A stretch of 64,000 bases of DNA. It comes from Diplonema japonicum. Lineage: Eukaryota > Protista > Euglenozoa: Diplonemea. Shown here piece by piece: positions 22,272 through 33,454 of this stretch. Below the pieces are notes generated by a model, which made no database searches, was not told the DNA's origin, and saw only the letters and a program-made list of their open reading frames with translations. The position numbers were made by a program, and so were the translations under genes. Each line of letters begins with the position of its first letter. The stretch's first letter is position 1. The DNA is taken from the NCBI GenBank assembly GCA_964019335.1, contig OZ025681.1, positions 310,001-374,000 on the forward strand, written 5' to 3'.

Positions 22272-22805
22272 ATTTTATTCTTTTTTTTTTTTTTCTCGCT
22301 TTGTCTCCCCCCCTTTTTTTTTTCGACCTCAGTTTAGCTCTTCATGCAAAAAAAGAAAAAAAGAATAAAAAAAAATAAAATAAGAAAATCACGCACAATA
22401 CCTACGAGGGAGGCAGAAGAAAAAAAGAAGAGAAAAAGTGGACGAACGCTGACACACCAGGAACCTTGGGTCGCTAATGAACTCGTTTGTTGGCTTTGCA
22501 AGAAAGAAAAAGGGGGAGGAGAAAAAAAAAAGAAAATAAAGGAAAGGTCAAGATAAGGCGTGGAGGGCGGTCTCACGGTTGGGTGGGAAGGGTAGAAAAG
22601 AAGAGCAAAAGGAAAGTTAACATGGAGCCTCCTTTTTTTTCTTTTTTTTTTTTTTCTGCTCTCTTTTTTCTTCTTGTATCCCTTTTCTCCCCATCCATTA
22701 CCCCATCATAGGGGATGTAACCATATATTTACTAAAGTTTTCTTTTCTTTTTTCTTTTTAGGAAAGAACAAATAGACGAGAATAACGCTCCACTTCTTCC
22801 TCTTA

Positions 22806-25166
22806 TCATGGCTTGTAGGTGTAAGAAAGCCTTCCTTGGGTAAGAAGGTTCGAGCAGTCGACTGTGGCAGTGGTTGGGATGTGGAGGCCCTTGGCACCGT
22901 TGTTGAAGGTGCAGAAGTTCTCAGCGGCCCCCTGCTCTTGGTGCTGCGCCGAGGGCGGACAGGGGTAGCTCGCAGGAGGCGACACAGACCCGTCCCAGAT
23001 GTAGCTGAAAGAGTTCTCCTTGGGCCAGTAGCTGCAGTCAGCGTTCAGGGACTGCGGGGGAGGGATGATCACCCCGTTGGTGTTGTTCCTCCACTCACAG
23101 GTGCGGGTTCCGTCGGTGTTGTTGGTGACAACGGTTTCAGGAGGGCAGGTTGGCTGCGGCATCGGAGCACCGCCCTGCACGAAGGCCAGCGTGGGGGCCG
23201 AGGTGATCCCGCACTGGTTACTGCCCCTCTCGAGCCTGAGGTACCCTTCCTCGCCCCAGTCAGTCCCCCAAGAGTTCTTGATAAGCCAGTACTTGGTGCC
23301 CTGGTCCACACCGTACCCCACCAGCAGCACTGCGTGGTCGGGTTCATGGTTGCAGCACCCTGTCATGATGCCCCCTGTGTACGGCCACCACAGCTGCGTC
23401 ATCGCATCCACCGTGATGGACACAGGGCCGTACTTCACGAGGGCGGCCGCCATGGCTGCCTCGCTGTTGTTCACACCGTAGTATCCGGTCACCTTGACGT
23501 CTGCCATGGTGTGCCCCGAGGTGCACTGGGGGACATTCCCCTCCCCTGACACGTATGGGTAGCTCTCCTCCGTGGCGTCCCCGTTTTGCTTCACATACTC
23601 GATCGCAAGGTACGGCCACCCGCCGTCGCACCCGTCGCAGTTCTTTTCGCAGCTCACAAGCTCCTGCTCCGAGAGGCTCTGCAGGGGGTTGCCCGCCATC
23701 GCCCACGCCCCCTCGATCACACCGGTGGTGCTGAACGACCAGCACGACCCACATTGGGCCTGGTTCTTCACAGGGGTGACGACACCCTTCGTCCTCCAGT
23801 CGATGGACTCGGGGAGGTTTCTGACGTCCTCGTCGGTGATGGTGAGCTCCTTCGGGAGGGGCGCCACAGCACCCTCGGGCGTCTTCCTTGCACAGTCCCT
23901 GTAGTGTAGCTCATACTCTGCCTTCGACCAATCCGCCAGGCTGTTCGGCATTTTGTTGTCCACTTCCGCCGTTCTGAGGAAGGCACTCAAGTGCTTCCTG
24001 AAGTTCTGGAACCTCCGCGCCTCCTCCACGGAGTTCGCATACTGCTTGTTGTTGTGGGCCTTCCACTTCTGGAACATCTCCTGGTGCCTGTTCAGGGTGT
24101 GGGTGCGGTCAACAGGCTCCTCCAAAGGCGCAGGCCTCTTCTTCCAGTCCGGAAGCTGCTTCGATGTCCCGAAGATCGTCCTGTTGGCGGCGAGGGCTGT
24201 GCTGATGGAGAAGGAGGCGGCGCCGAACTGCATCTCGCAGGTGAACTCCGTGTTGGGAGGGAGCACGAAGTAGCAGCCGCCCCTGTTCCCGAAGTCGTTC
24301 CTGTTTGAGCCCCACGCGCAGACGTTTGCCCCGCCGATCCCGCAGTGGAAGGAGTTATAGTCGCCGTTAGTGCTGGATGAGGTGACCATCACGACGAGAT
24401 CCCGGTCGTTGTGGTTGTTTGTGTAGGCACAGTCGCACATGTTGGGCTTGGGGTAGGACACCAGGGGGCAGTCCCACTTGGTCTCGACGGCGGCGTTAGA
24501 CGAGAGGTAAGGCTGCTTGAATGATAGGGCGGCAGAGGTTCGCATGTTGATGCTGCCCTGGGCACGGCAGGTCATAGACGCCTTTGCGGGGAGGATGTAC
24601 CCGCAGGAGTAGCCACCCGTCCCGTTCACAGCGTAGCTGCAAAGCGTCATAGTCGCTCCGGAGTTCGTGTACGTGCAGTCGTATGTGTTGTGCGAGCCCC
24701 CAGAGGCCTCGAAGGACTGTGCCACCCACATGTCCGCGGACTCGGTGTTGGTGAAGGTACATGAGCCGCCCGAGCAAGGAACCGGCTTCTGATCGGTCGA
24801 AAGGACCGAACCGGTCAGAGGGGCCGTGTGGGCACCGATAAAGTGGAAGGTCCCCTGCGACTGGCACTGAAACTCGCTCCCAGCAGGGAGGATGAAGTAG
24901 CAGTCCCCGGCGCTGTAGCTGTCGGCCGCCACCCATTTCCTGCTGCAGTACGTCATCTGCTCGTCGCTGCAGGTGAAGGAGCCCTCCGTCTCCCCAGAGG
25001 CGAGCTCAACCTGGAAGAACAAGCTCACAGCCTCGTCGGCACTCCCGGTGTTCCTGTAGTTGCAGTTCCCGTTGCTCCCAGAAGGGCAGTTGATGGACGC
25101 CCACTCCATCGCCTGTGCTGAGACTGCTAGCAGCAAGGCCAGCATCGGTGCCCGTGTGGCAACCAT
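22806..25166 (-). CDS. Secreted/lysosomal cathepsin L-like cysteine protease (C1A + I29) with long Cys-rich N- and C-terminal extensions
   Basis: Signal peptide; I29 prodomain (FQKWKAHNNKQY...EEARRFQNF); DWRTKG, QAQCGSCWSF (catalytic Cys), DHAVLLVGYG (His) and IKNSWG (Asn). Confidence 0.93.
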   Translation of the reverse strand: MVATRAPMLALLLAVSAQAMEWASINCPSGSNGNCNYRNTGSADEAVSLFFQVELASGETEGSFTCSDEQMTYCSRKWVAADSYSAGDCYFILPAGSEFQCQSQGTFHFIGAHTAPLTGSVLSTDQKPVPCSGGSCTFTNTESADMWVAQSFEASGGSHNTYDCTYTNSGATMTLCSYAVNGTGGYSCGYILPAKASMTCRAQGSINMRTSAALSFKQPYLSSNAAVETKWDCPLVSYPKPNMCDCAYTNNHNDRDLVVMVTSSSTNGDYNSFHCGIGGANVCAWGSNRNDFGNRGGCYFVLPPNTEFTCEMQFGAASFSISTALAANRTIFGTSKQLPDWKKRPAPLEEPVDRTHTLNRHQEMFQKWKAHNNKQYANSVEEARRFQNFRKHLSAFLRTAEVDNKMPNSLADWSKAEYELHYRDCARKTPEGAVAPLPKELTITDEDVRNLPESIDWRTKGVVTPVKNQAQCGSCWSFSTTGVIEGAWAMAGNPLQSLSEQELVSCEKNCDGCDGGWPYLAIEYVKQNGDATEESYPYVSGEGNVPQCTSGHTMADVKVTGYYGVNNSEAAMAAALVKYGPVSITVDAMTQLWWPYTGGIMTGCCNHEPDHAVLLVGYGVDQGTKYWLIKNSWGTDWGEEGYLRLERGSNQCGITSAPTLAFVQGGAPMPQPTCPPETVVTNNTDGTRTCEWRNNTNGVIIPPPQSLNADCSYWPKENSFSYIWDGSVSPPASYPCPPSAQHQEQGAAENFCTFNNGAKGLHIPTTATVDCSNLLTQGRLSYTYKP

Positions 25167-25365
25167 TTTCTTATCTTATATGTGTTTAGGTTTAGTGCTG
25201 TGTGTTTCTTTTTTCTTTTCCCCTCTTTTTTTACGAAAAGGGCTTCCGGAACATAAAGCAAGGCAACTTGAACTGACAATTCTTTTTTTTTTTTTCTCTT
25301 ACTTGAAAAAGAAAGAAATATGTTTTCCCCCATTCTGGGGGGTTTTTTTTTTCCCTTTTGTCTGC

Positions 25366-28300
25366 TTACGTGTTGAGCATCGGCAGCTCTAGGATCTGTT
25401 GCAAAGGCTTATGCTTCAAGATGTTAGCGTATTGCTGTCTTTGGAATATCGACCGCGACACGCTCCAGTCGGTGTCGCGGGGGTTCCCCCAAAGTGAAAG
25501 GCGGCGTGGCTGCAAGATTGCAGGCGGAGAAGGAGGGGAAGGAAGCATCACGATCCTGGCAGACTCAACCACAACACACAGAGCTGCTGTTATCGCACTG
25601 CGCAACGTAACCTTTTTAGTCTTTCGATGCGGAGGTGGAGGTGGAGGTGGAGGTGGAGGCGACGCTGGCTTCGGCTCTGGTTCGACTGGTTGTTCAACAG
25701 GCATATTCCGAGGGCTACCTGCGTTCAAAGGAGAACGATCCCGTCTGTGTGGCTGAGGCGATCGAGGGTATTGCTGACTCTTCAGCATGAAGTACCTCCT
25801 CCGCCATTCATGGTCGAGTTCGCGGAGTTCAAGCTGATGCCGTCGGTGCAGCTCATGGATACGCCGAGCGGCCACCAGCTCTCGAGAGAGGTTAGTAGGG
25901 GAAGTCTGCCTACCTGGCATACGGTTTCCTCTAGACGTTTGAACAGAAATCCCTTGCTTGGCACACTCTGCACACGTTTCATTCTTCAGCATTGATATCA
26001 ACGCTGTCAGCCTCGGGTCAAGCTCCCGTTTGTCCTTTTCATTCGTCGCGATTTTCTTTGCAGTGTCAACGATGTCGCCATGGTGGTTCAGCACGCTCTC
26101 CCATGTCCATTCAGCGCCCGTCGGGGTGAAGTTGACTGGCTGTTTGTATACCCGTCTGCGGTGCTCAAGAGGGATATGAGCTATGACACGAGTTCCCTTT
26201 TTAAACCCCAACAATGCCGAAGTCACGTCTGGTTGCGCATTTGCCTGGTTGTTGCTGGTTGTTGTTCCCACACGGTCTTCCCCTTCCCTGGAGAACTCGT
26301 GTTGCATCTCACTGACATGTTGCGAGTGAATGATCTTCACGCTCGTGTTGCACTTTCGCATGATCGCTTTCCTCGCTGCCAAACAGTTCAGCATCGGCCC
26401 GAGGACCCGGACTACCGTGTCACCGTTTGGAGCGCTCAGGATCTCGTGGTTTTGCGCCCCCATCTTTTCGAAGATGGAGGAGGTTCGCAGGATGCTCCTG
26501 ATGTTCTTGCCCCCTGAGACGCCCAGGGTCATGTCAGTTTTCTTCTTATCATCATGTGTGATATTATCGATGACACCACGCGACAAGGCCATTGTGTGTA
26601 GTGCGGTAACATCTTTAGGGATGGCTTGAGGTATCGCGAAGTTGGCGCCGTCTTCGCCGGCAATTTCCATCACGGCTTCTTCTGCGTTGTACAGGAACGA
26701 TTTTACAGCGTGCTGTTGATTGGCACGTGTTACGGTGATGCCGCCGTCGTGGTCTCGAACGGTTATGAGGTTCCCGTCGCTGTCCTGCATCGCTACTGAG
26801 CTCATGGACTCGTTTGTCTCGGGGATGAACGCAGAAAACGGGTCGTCAAGCATGTCATCTGGGTACACCGCAGCAAGTGCTTCCTTAGCGCACGACCCGA
26901 ACGGCGCCTGTGTCAAAACATCTCCTTCTGTTTCATGAACCATCGGCATTTGTTCTTTATTAATGTGAGTCGCACGTAACACTCCAAACGCCCTTCTGAT
27001 TACATTCCGTCTTTTCTGCCATCTTTCCCCGCCAGCGCCTTCAGTTTCAAGGACCTGCTGCACTTCGGTGTCCGTTAAATTCAACTCGAGCCCCGTTTTG
27101 AACTTCTCCGCGATCCTCGTTGTCCGAATACGGTTTTTAATGGTCTCGAAGGTGGATCGCATCCGGCTGTTCGCGAGGATTTTTAACGACGAGAGGTAAT
27201 CGACGAGTGATGCCACCTCGGCTTTCGTTTCCAAAAGGGATTCCATGTAGTTCTCCTCGTTCAAGATGGTCCCCCTCGACGACGCGAATGGGAGGCGGAG
27301 CTGTCCCCTGATCGACTCGACCAACGAGAGCACATCACGGTTCATCACATCAAGGAATTGCAACAGGCTTTGCCACTGCAGGGCAAAGGCTTCTAGATCA
27401 GACGTGTCATCAACATCGTCCACCAAGCTTCTAGGGGACTCGACAGGTTTCTTTTTAACTGCCGCGTTGCCGACGTTCGGCAGCTGTGATTCACTGTTCG
27501 TTTTTTTCATAGGCTGACCCAAGCGCTGTACTGCCGGGGACTTCTTGGTTCGCGCGCCGTTCGTTGTTTTCCCCCCCGCACGCTTGGTTGCCATCTTGCC
27601 GTGCTCCAATTTCAACGTAAACTTTTTAAGCTGGAAGATTGGACCTCTCAACACACAAGGCACTGTGTTCACTGATGCATCTACCATCACACAAGGTGCG
27701 GGCTCCGAATTTGTTGAAGACAAGTTACTTGTTTCCTCCGAGCTCATCTCTGAGGTGCAAGAAGTTCCTGCAGAGGGTGACTCAGAGCTTTCGTTGTCAC
27801 TGTGTTCGAGATTTATCGCTGGTTCGGTGATGTGTAGCTCTATGTCATTGTTTTCAAAAGCGCTGATCGCCTGCTGGATGGCGGACTCAATAGCTACCGG
27901 GGTCTGGGCCTCAAGGAAGTTTTTCTTGAGATTCTCAGGCATTTGCGACAGGACAGGCTCTAATGCAACAAGGCTCTTATTCCTTTCCTCCGCGGACTGA
28001 AATTTAACATCAAGTGATTTACTACTTAAGGGAAGCGGGCTCGGGCTGAGTTCATCAGAGAGCGTCGAAGTTGTGTCGTGCCGTGAGTAGCAACTCTGGA
28101 TGCGACTCAACTGCTTCAACAAGATTTGCTTCCTGTCCTTTACGAAAACTGGAGAATCGACTTGCTTTGAATTTTGAATGTTGTTTTTTGATTTTAACCT
28201 TGACCGACCCTTACCGGGGCGCCTCTTGCCGCGTCTGTCAGGTGGTTCTCTTGGCTCTTTGGACCTCCGGTTATCGTTGGTGGCAGACAGCTCGTTTGAT

Positions 28301-30561
28301 TGGATCAGCATCTTGGCTTCCATGTTGGACATCAACCGGAAATGTGCATCGGGCATCGCAATCGGGAAGCTGACCTGAATACCGCCGAACGGCAATGAAT
28401 TGAGGTCCATCGATTGCTCCTGTGATCTTTCTTGCAGGCTGTAGCCATCTGGAAGCAAACATGGTTCCCACGCGTTCCAGACTTCTTGCGGTTCTGTACC
28501 GGCGTCAGACGTTTGTGGTTTTCGATGTGAAATTACAACGGGGTCGCTCCGTGTATGAGAGGCTTGTGGCGGCGCGGAGTCGAATAGTTCCTTCAACCTT
28601 GCTGCTTCGGCCTTTGACTGCTCGAGCTCTTGATTTCTCCGTGCGATCTCCCGCTTCGCGAGGATGATGAGCGTTTGGGTGTCCTGCACCATGCGGTCCC
28701 TCACGGACTTTTGAACGACCTTAGTCTGGTCGTCGTTCATTGTTCGGTACCTTTTCATGGCGGGCTGGTGCGTCAGCTTCTGAATCGTTTCCGTGGTCCG
28801 CTTGATGGTGCTGTTGATGAATCCTTCCGCTGCGAGGTTACCTTGCAACCATGTCTCGCATAAGGACTCCAACCATTCCATCCCTTTGGGGAGGATGGTC
28901 ACGGTGCAGATGCGTCTCAACTGTTTGACGTGTTTATCCTCACCGAAATCGTTGAGCTTCATGTTTTGCTGGGCTTCCTCTTTTCTCTCAGCGGGTTTGA
29001 CCTTTGGGTCGCAGGTTGCCATTGAAGCTCTTTCCGTGTGAGCGGTTACCTTTAAAGCCATGATTAGCTCGTACTTATAGTATTTCAAAGAGCGTTTTAA
29101 GCGTTTGTTTTCGTCGGAAAAACTGTCCGATTCGAATTTTAACTTGGTGACCTCTGCGGTGAGGTGTCGGACGCGGTCCTCGTGCGCGCGTTTCATGCTT
29201 TGGATGTCGGTGTCATTGAGGACCCGTTTTAGATCGCAGGATATCTTCTCGACATGCTCGTGGGTGATCCGCTGGCTTTTGAGGTGGTCGTCCTGTCTGC
29301 TTTGTAATAATTCGTTTTCCACTTGCAGGCTTTCCAGTTCATGGTTTAACACGTCGATGTCGTTGCCTCGTTCTTGTTCAGATCTTTGAATGGTCACCGC
29401 TTCACGCTTTGCACGGTGCAACGACCTTTCAAGTTTCATGTTTGATGTGAGAAGGTCCTGGTTTTTTGCCGATAATTCCGTATTAGCTTCGTGGGCTCTG
29501 TTGAACTGTTCTTGTATGTCGTTGTATTTATCCTGTATAAAGGCGAGCTCCGCTTCCTTCGCATGGAGTGAGGATAGTGCGGCAGAGGTTTCTTCTCGAA
29601 GTGTTTTGCGAGTAGAGTTCCGTACACGCGACAACTTGGGGGATAGGTTGTGGTGTGTTGGAGATCCTTCTTGTTCTTGTTCTTGTTCTTGTTCTTCTTC
29701 TTCTTCTTCTTCTTCTTCTTCCTCCTCTTCTTCTTGTTGATGGTCCGCAGCCGCGTCTTGGTTGGATTTTGTTTTCGTTTTTCTTTTGAAGCGTTTTTGT
29801 ATATTGATCATCCCTTTCATACGGTCGAAGTTGGCGATTGTACTGTTGATTTCCAGGGTATCGATTTGTATGGGTTCGAGATCGTCGACGGGGGCGGCAT
29901 CGGCGATCGCTTCGAGAATACCGCGGACTTTATCGTAGTTTGAATACGTGTTGAACGCTCCGCCTTTTGCCAGCGAGTACGGGAGAACGAGGTATTTCAG
30001 GGTTTTCAGATGAAGCGTAAGAGGCTTTCTGAAAAAATGATCGAACCCAGCTGCAATTACAGACCTGATGGAGTCCTCTTTGCACGTTAAAGCCGCGATT
30101 GGTATTTTCGCCCCGAATTTTGTTTTTCGCAGGTATTTAACCAGTTCGAATGCGTTGAAGTCATCGATTGCTGTGTCAATTAAAACAGCGGAGTACTTGT
30201 GGCCATCGTTTTGGTAAAGCTGGAAGGCGTCGCGGCCGTTGCAGGCTGAGCGGATTTTGATGCCCATTCTTGAAAAGACGAATTGCATAGTGGAGTTTAC
30301 TAAGGGGGATTTGCCTACGTGGAGAAGTGTTGGTGACTCTGTTTTTTTGATCTTGGCGGAGAACAGCTCGAAGCTCCACACGTTGCTCACGTCCTCGCCG
30401 AGCGTTTGCATGAACTCTAAATTGTTCTGTTCTTTTGCCTTTACTTCCGCTTCCTCAGCCTGCATTGTGCGCTGCGCCGTGTCTGCATCCGCCACCGCTC
30501 TCAACCATGAGCTGGTTCGCCGCTTTAAACGTTGCTCTTGTTTTTCTTTCGTTGTATTCAT
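25366..30561 (-). CDS. Large protein with N-terminal response-regulator receiver domain, coiled coil and a KH-like segment
   Basis: ACNGRDAF...YSAVLID...FELVKYLR...IPIAALT...AGFDHFFRKPL is a CheY-like receiver. Poly-E and heptad-rich regions follow. GVSGGKNIRSI...VRVLGP...AARKAI is KH-like. Confidence 0.85.
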   Translation of the reverse strand: MNTTKEKQEQRLKRRTSSWLRAVADADTAQRTMQAEEAEVKAKEQNNLEFMQTLGEDVSNVWSFELFSAKIKKTESPTLLHVGKSPLVNSTMQFVFSRMGIKIRSACNGRDAFQLYQNDGHKYSAVLIDTAIDDFNAFELVKYLRKTKFGAKIPIAALTCKEDSIRSVIAAGFDHFFRKPLTLHLKTLKYLVLPYSLAKGGAFNTYSNYDKVRGILEAIADAAPVDDLEPIQIDTLEINSTIANFDRMKGMINIQKRFKRKTKTKSNQDAAADHQQEEEEEEEEEEEEEEQEQEQEQEGSPTHHNLSPKLSRVRNSTRKTLREETSAALSSLHAKEAELAFIQDKYNDIQEQFNRAHEANTELSAKNQDLLTSNMKLERSLHRAKREAVTIQRSEQERGNDIDVLNHELESLQVENELLQSRQDDHLKSQRITHEHVEKISCDLKRVLNDTDIQSMKRAHEDRVRHLTAEVTKLKFESDSFSDENKRLKRSLKYYKYELIMALKVTAHTERASMATCDPKVKPAERKEEAQQNMKLNDFGEDKHVKQLRRICTVTILPKGMEWLESLCETWLQGNLAAEGFINSTIKRTTETIQKLTHQPAMKRYRTMNDDQTKVVQKSVRDRMVQDTQTLIILAKREIARRNQELEQSKAEAARLKELFDSAPPQASHTRSDPVVISHRKPQTSDAGTEPQEVWNAWEPCLLPDGYSLQERSQEQSMDLNSLPFGGIQVSFPIAMPDAHFRLMSNMEAKMLIQSNELSATNDNRRSKEPREPPDRRGKRRPGKGRSRLKSKNNIQNSKQVDSPVFVKDRKQILLKQLSRIQSCYSRHDTTSTLSDELSPSPLPLSSKSLDVKFQSAEERNKSLVALEPVLSQMPENLKKNFLEAQTPVAIESAIQQAISAFENNDIELHITEPAINLEHSDNESSESPSAGTSCTSEMSSEETSNLSSTNSEPAPCVMVDASVNTVPCVLRGPIFQLKKFTLKLEHGKMATKRAGGKTTNGARTKKSPAVQRLGQPMKKTNSESQLPNVGNAAVKKKPVESPRSLVDDVDDTSDLEAFALQWQSLLQFLDVMNRDVLSLVESIRGQLRLPFASSRGTILNEENYMESLLETKAEVASLVDYLSSLKILANSRMRSTFETIKNRIRTTRIAEKFKTGLELNLTDTEVQQVLETEGAGGERWQKRRNVIRRAFGVLRATHINKEQMPMVHETEGDVLTQAPFGSCAKEALAAVYPDDMLDDPFSAFIPETNESMSSVAMQDSDGNLITVRDHDGGITVTRANQQHAVKSFLYNAEEAVMEIAGEDGANFAIPQAIPKDVTALHTMALSRGVIDNITHDDKKKTDMTLGVSGGKNIRSILRTSSIFEKMGAQNHEILSAPNGDTVVRVLGPMLNCLAARKAIMRKCNTSVKIIHSQHVSEMQHEFSREGEDRVGTTTSNNQANAQPDVTSALLGFKKGTRVIAHIPLEHRRRVYKQPVNFTPTGAEWTWESVLNHHGDIVDTAKKIATNEKDKRELDPRLTALISMLKNETCAECAKQGISVQTSRGNRMPGRQTSPTNLSRELVAARRIHELHRRHQLELRELDHEWRRRYFMLKSQQYPRSPQPHRRDRSPLNAGSPRNMPVEQPVEPEPKPASPPPPPPPPPPHRKTKKVTLRSAITAALCVVVESARIVMLPSPPSPPAILQPRRLSLWGNPRDTDWSVSRSIFQRQQYANILKHKPLQQILELPMLNT

Positions 30562-30849
30562 GGTTTTATGTTTTATGTTCTCTGTTGTCGGGGGGGGTTT
30601 TTTTTCTTTCTTTTTTTAAATTAGAAAAATGGAGAGAATAAAAGAGAAGGGGGAAGGGGACAGGAAGACGAAGAAACAAATACAAAAAAAAAAAAAAGAT
30701 GTCTTTGAAGGGAACCTGCAGTATGTGACAGGATCGCCTAAAAAAGAAAAAAAAAGGTTACTTATTACAACGAATGAAAAAAAAAGAATTTCTTTCCCCC
30801 CCCCCCCCCTGTCACGTCGAGTTGAAAAATAATAATAAAAATATAAAAA

Positions 30850-31040
30850 CTCGATTTATTTCTTTTTGGTGTGCGGCTGGTCGGTGGACCGGGGTTCCCA
30901 CCATTCTGCGGTTGCATCCTGGTGCTGTTGGTACTCAGAATAATCGGTTGTAGTCCTTCCAGATAAGGAGCTGTTTGGGTAGACGAGAACAGGGGTCTCT
31001 TGTTGTAGCCAATGTACTCTTATTTACTCGGGTGACAGGA
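30850..31040 (-). mobile_element. Non-LTR retrotransposon extreme 3' fragment
   Basis: Minus strand encodes GYNKRPLFSSTQTAPYL versus GYDRRPLFSSSQTPPYL in the RT element, with the same aaaactcgat terminus. Confidence 0.75.
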
Positions 31041-31639
31041 AAAAAAAATTCAATTTTTTTTTTCTCTCGGTGTGAATAAAGTGGTCATATTTTTACTCTC
31101 CCTCATTTTTTTACTCCATATCTTTCCAGTTATCCCAGTTAAAAGGGTCAACGAATAATGTCGGACGGAAGAATTCTCGGACAGAAAAACTCCCGGACAC
31201 CAAAAAAACCCGGACATTTTTCCGTCCGGGAGTTTTTCTGGGAAGAAGTTTTTTTACTTAAGGGGGGGTAGCAGCTCCCACCACGTTTGCCTGGAAGGGC
31301 TTTATTCCTTGTGCAGAGCCAAAATGTTTACCCTGCGTGGCAGTTTGAATTTTTCTTCCCCTTTCAATGCACCAGCAAACAGCCCACGGGATCTTTAACT
31401 TCTCATAAACCCGTACTTCTTTCGTCAAATTAACCAGTTCGCCCAAGGCACGTTGAGCAGCTGGCTTGAGGGGCCCAACTTTGGTGCTGACACCCCCGGC
31501 CAGCTCACCCCCGAGAGGTGGAGGAGATAAACTCCTTACACCGGGCCAGTACAAACCCCCGAAAGCAGCTTGGCGGCCTCTGCCTCGGTCAGAAGACGGC
31601 AGCAACAGGTTCAACAGAGCCCCCAGTTTCTTCCAGACG

Positions 31640-32050
31640 GAAATACTGGACGTTGCTATTCACCCTACCACACCCTGGCCGCCGCGACGCCGTGATAGCA
31701 GCGTATCGCCCAATACGGGATTTAGCATCCTTCGGGGGCTGAAAGGTTTTTGCTTGAGTCGATAGGTAAAACGGGCTTGGCGAGCTTATCCCAGCACAAC
31801 AAATATGCACCTATGCAGAAGGGCTGCTGCGCGCCAATCCAGCCCGAAAGACAAACTTGGCAGACTTTGGTGGAGCACTGTCCTTTTCCGTTGACTAGGC
31901 TAACAAAACTTTGCAGCAAGAAAGACAAAAGCCGCAAGCCACCTCCGGAAAGCCCGAAACGAGAAGGACAACGAGGGCACGCTGTTTCACCATGGAATTC
32001 AGGTCCATAATCGACACCCATAAAGTAAGGCCGGAATTGGTCTGGAATAC
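31640..32050 (+). mobile_element. pogo/Tigger-like transposase relic (CENP-B HTH to start of DDE domain)
   Basis: Plus frame: QQICTYAEGLL...LADFGGALSFSVD*ANKTL...ATSGK...FRSIIDTHKVRPELVWN. It has an in-frame stop and is truncated just before the first catalytic Asp. Confidence 0.55.
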
Positions 32051-33454
32051 AGGGTTAGTTTTCGTTTTACAGTATTTCTTTCTCCTTTTTTTTTCTCTTT
32101 TTTTTCTTTTTTTTTTTTTTTGCCTAAAGTAAGAATCAAAAAAACAATGTTTTTAAAAGGACCGGAAAGCGCTTGTGAAAAAGACTTTATCGGGTTTTAC
32201 AGTTATTTCTTTTTTTTTATGACCTTATAGTTTTTTTTTTTTTCTCTTTCTCTTTTTCTTTTTAAATGGTGAGCACTCACCCGCACACCGAAAATTATCA
32301 AAAAAAAACTTTTCTCTTCAGAATTGCCGATGTCTTTCTTTGAAGGACCCCTTTTTTTTTTTGCATAGGGTATAAGATCATTTTCTTTTAAAAAAAAAAA
32401 AAAAACAAAAAACAAGGTTTGAAAAAAAATGAGGAAAAAAAAAAAACCAAATAACAAATGGATGACTAATCTTTGGGGGGGGTTGTTTTTTTCTTTTCTT
32501 TTCTTTTCTTTTCTTTTCTTTTCTTTTTTTTTCTCTTTTTTTTCTTTCTTCGGAAGCATGCAAAAAGAAAGAAAAAGTTATTTATTCACAACACGAAAAA
32601 AAAAAAAAAACAATAATGAACTCTCCTATCTCAATGACATAAAAATTCATCACCCGCGAGTGACAGAAATTTAGTTGAGTTCTACTCAGTAATCCCCCCC
32701 TTTCTGCAGTGAAAATAAAATTGAGAGTAAAAAAAAAAACACTTTCCCTTTTTTTTCACCCCCCACTCCTATGGAGCTATCAAATGCTGAGCTATAAAAA
32801 AAAAAGAAAAATCTCCCTCTCTGTGTCCTTCGTCCAATCGTTGCCAAGGACAGTTTTCAACAATCCGCCCCGAAATAAAGAACACACTCTCCTCTGGCTA
32901 CAACAAAAATTCACGCCCCCAGCCAAAGGGGAGTCAAGTTAAAAAGAAATTCACTATGATGGGAACGAAGTGGTTAGCAACGGCCCTCCAAAAAAAAAGA
33001 AAAAGAAATAGGGCTTTGATTGCAACACTAGGTGGCGTTAAGCGTGCAATGAAGCACGAACTACCTACTTGATTACAGGGGGCGCTCCTCGGCCGAGCAG
33101 TATCATCTTCTGCGTTCCGCGTCGTGTCCTTAATGCGTGCGGTGTGCTCAACCCTAGCCAGGGCGTCCCGGGAAACCAAGATTCTGCTCTCGTGCAGTTT
33201 GCTGCCTGTTCGTCACCCTGAGCATCTGCGTTACGTTCTTCCACTCGGGCGCTACCGGTGATAGCGAACAACACATCTGATGTACTTCTTATATTTTCAT
33301 GTTATCCCCACCACCTAAAAAAATCATTTTCGCACCAAAAAAAAAAAAAAAAGAAAAGAAAAAAGCACAATTGAAAATTCTGGGGGCGAAAGAACAATTT
33401 CTTTTATTTAATTCTGAGCAGCTCTCTTAAAGAATTTAGGCTAGAAGATATAAA

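Noticed and set aside
31160-31240. Inverted repeat cagaaaaactcccggac...gtccgggagtttttctg as a terminator or ncRNA
   Set aside because: No second copy or RNA-family hallmark in the window. More likely a transposon-end remnant near the pogo-like relic; it cannot be assigned.
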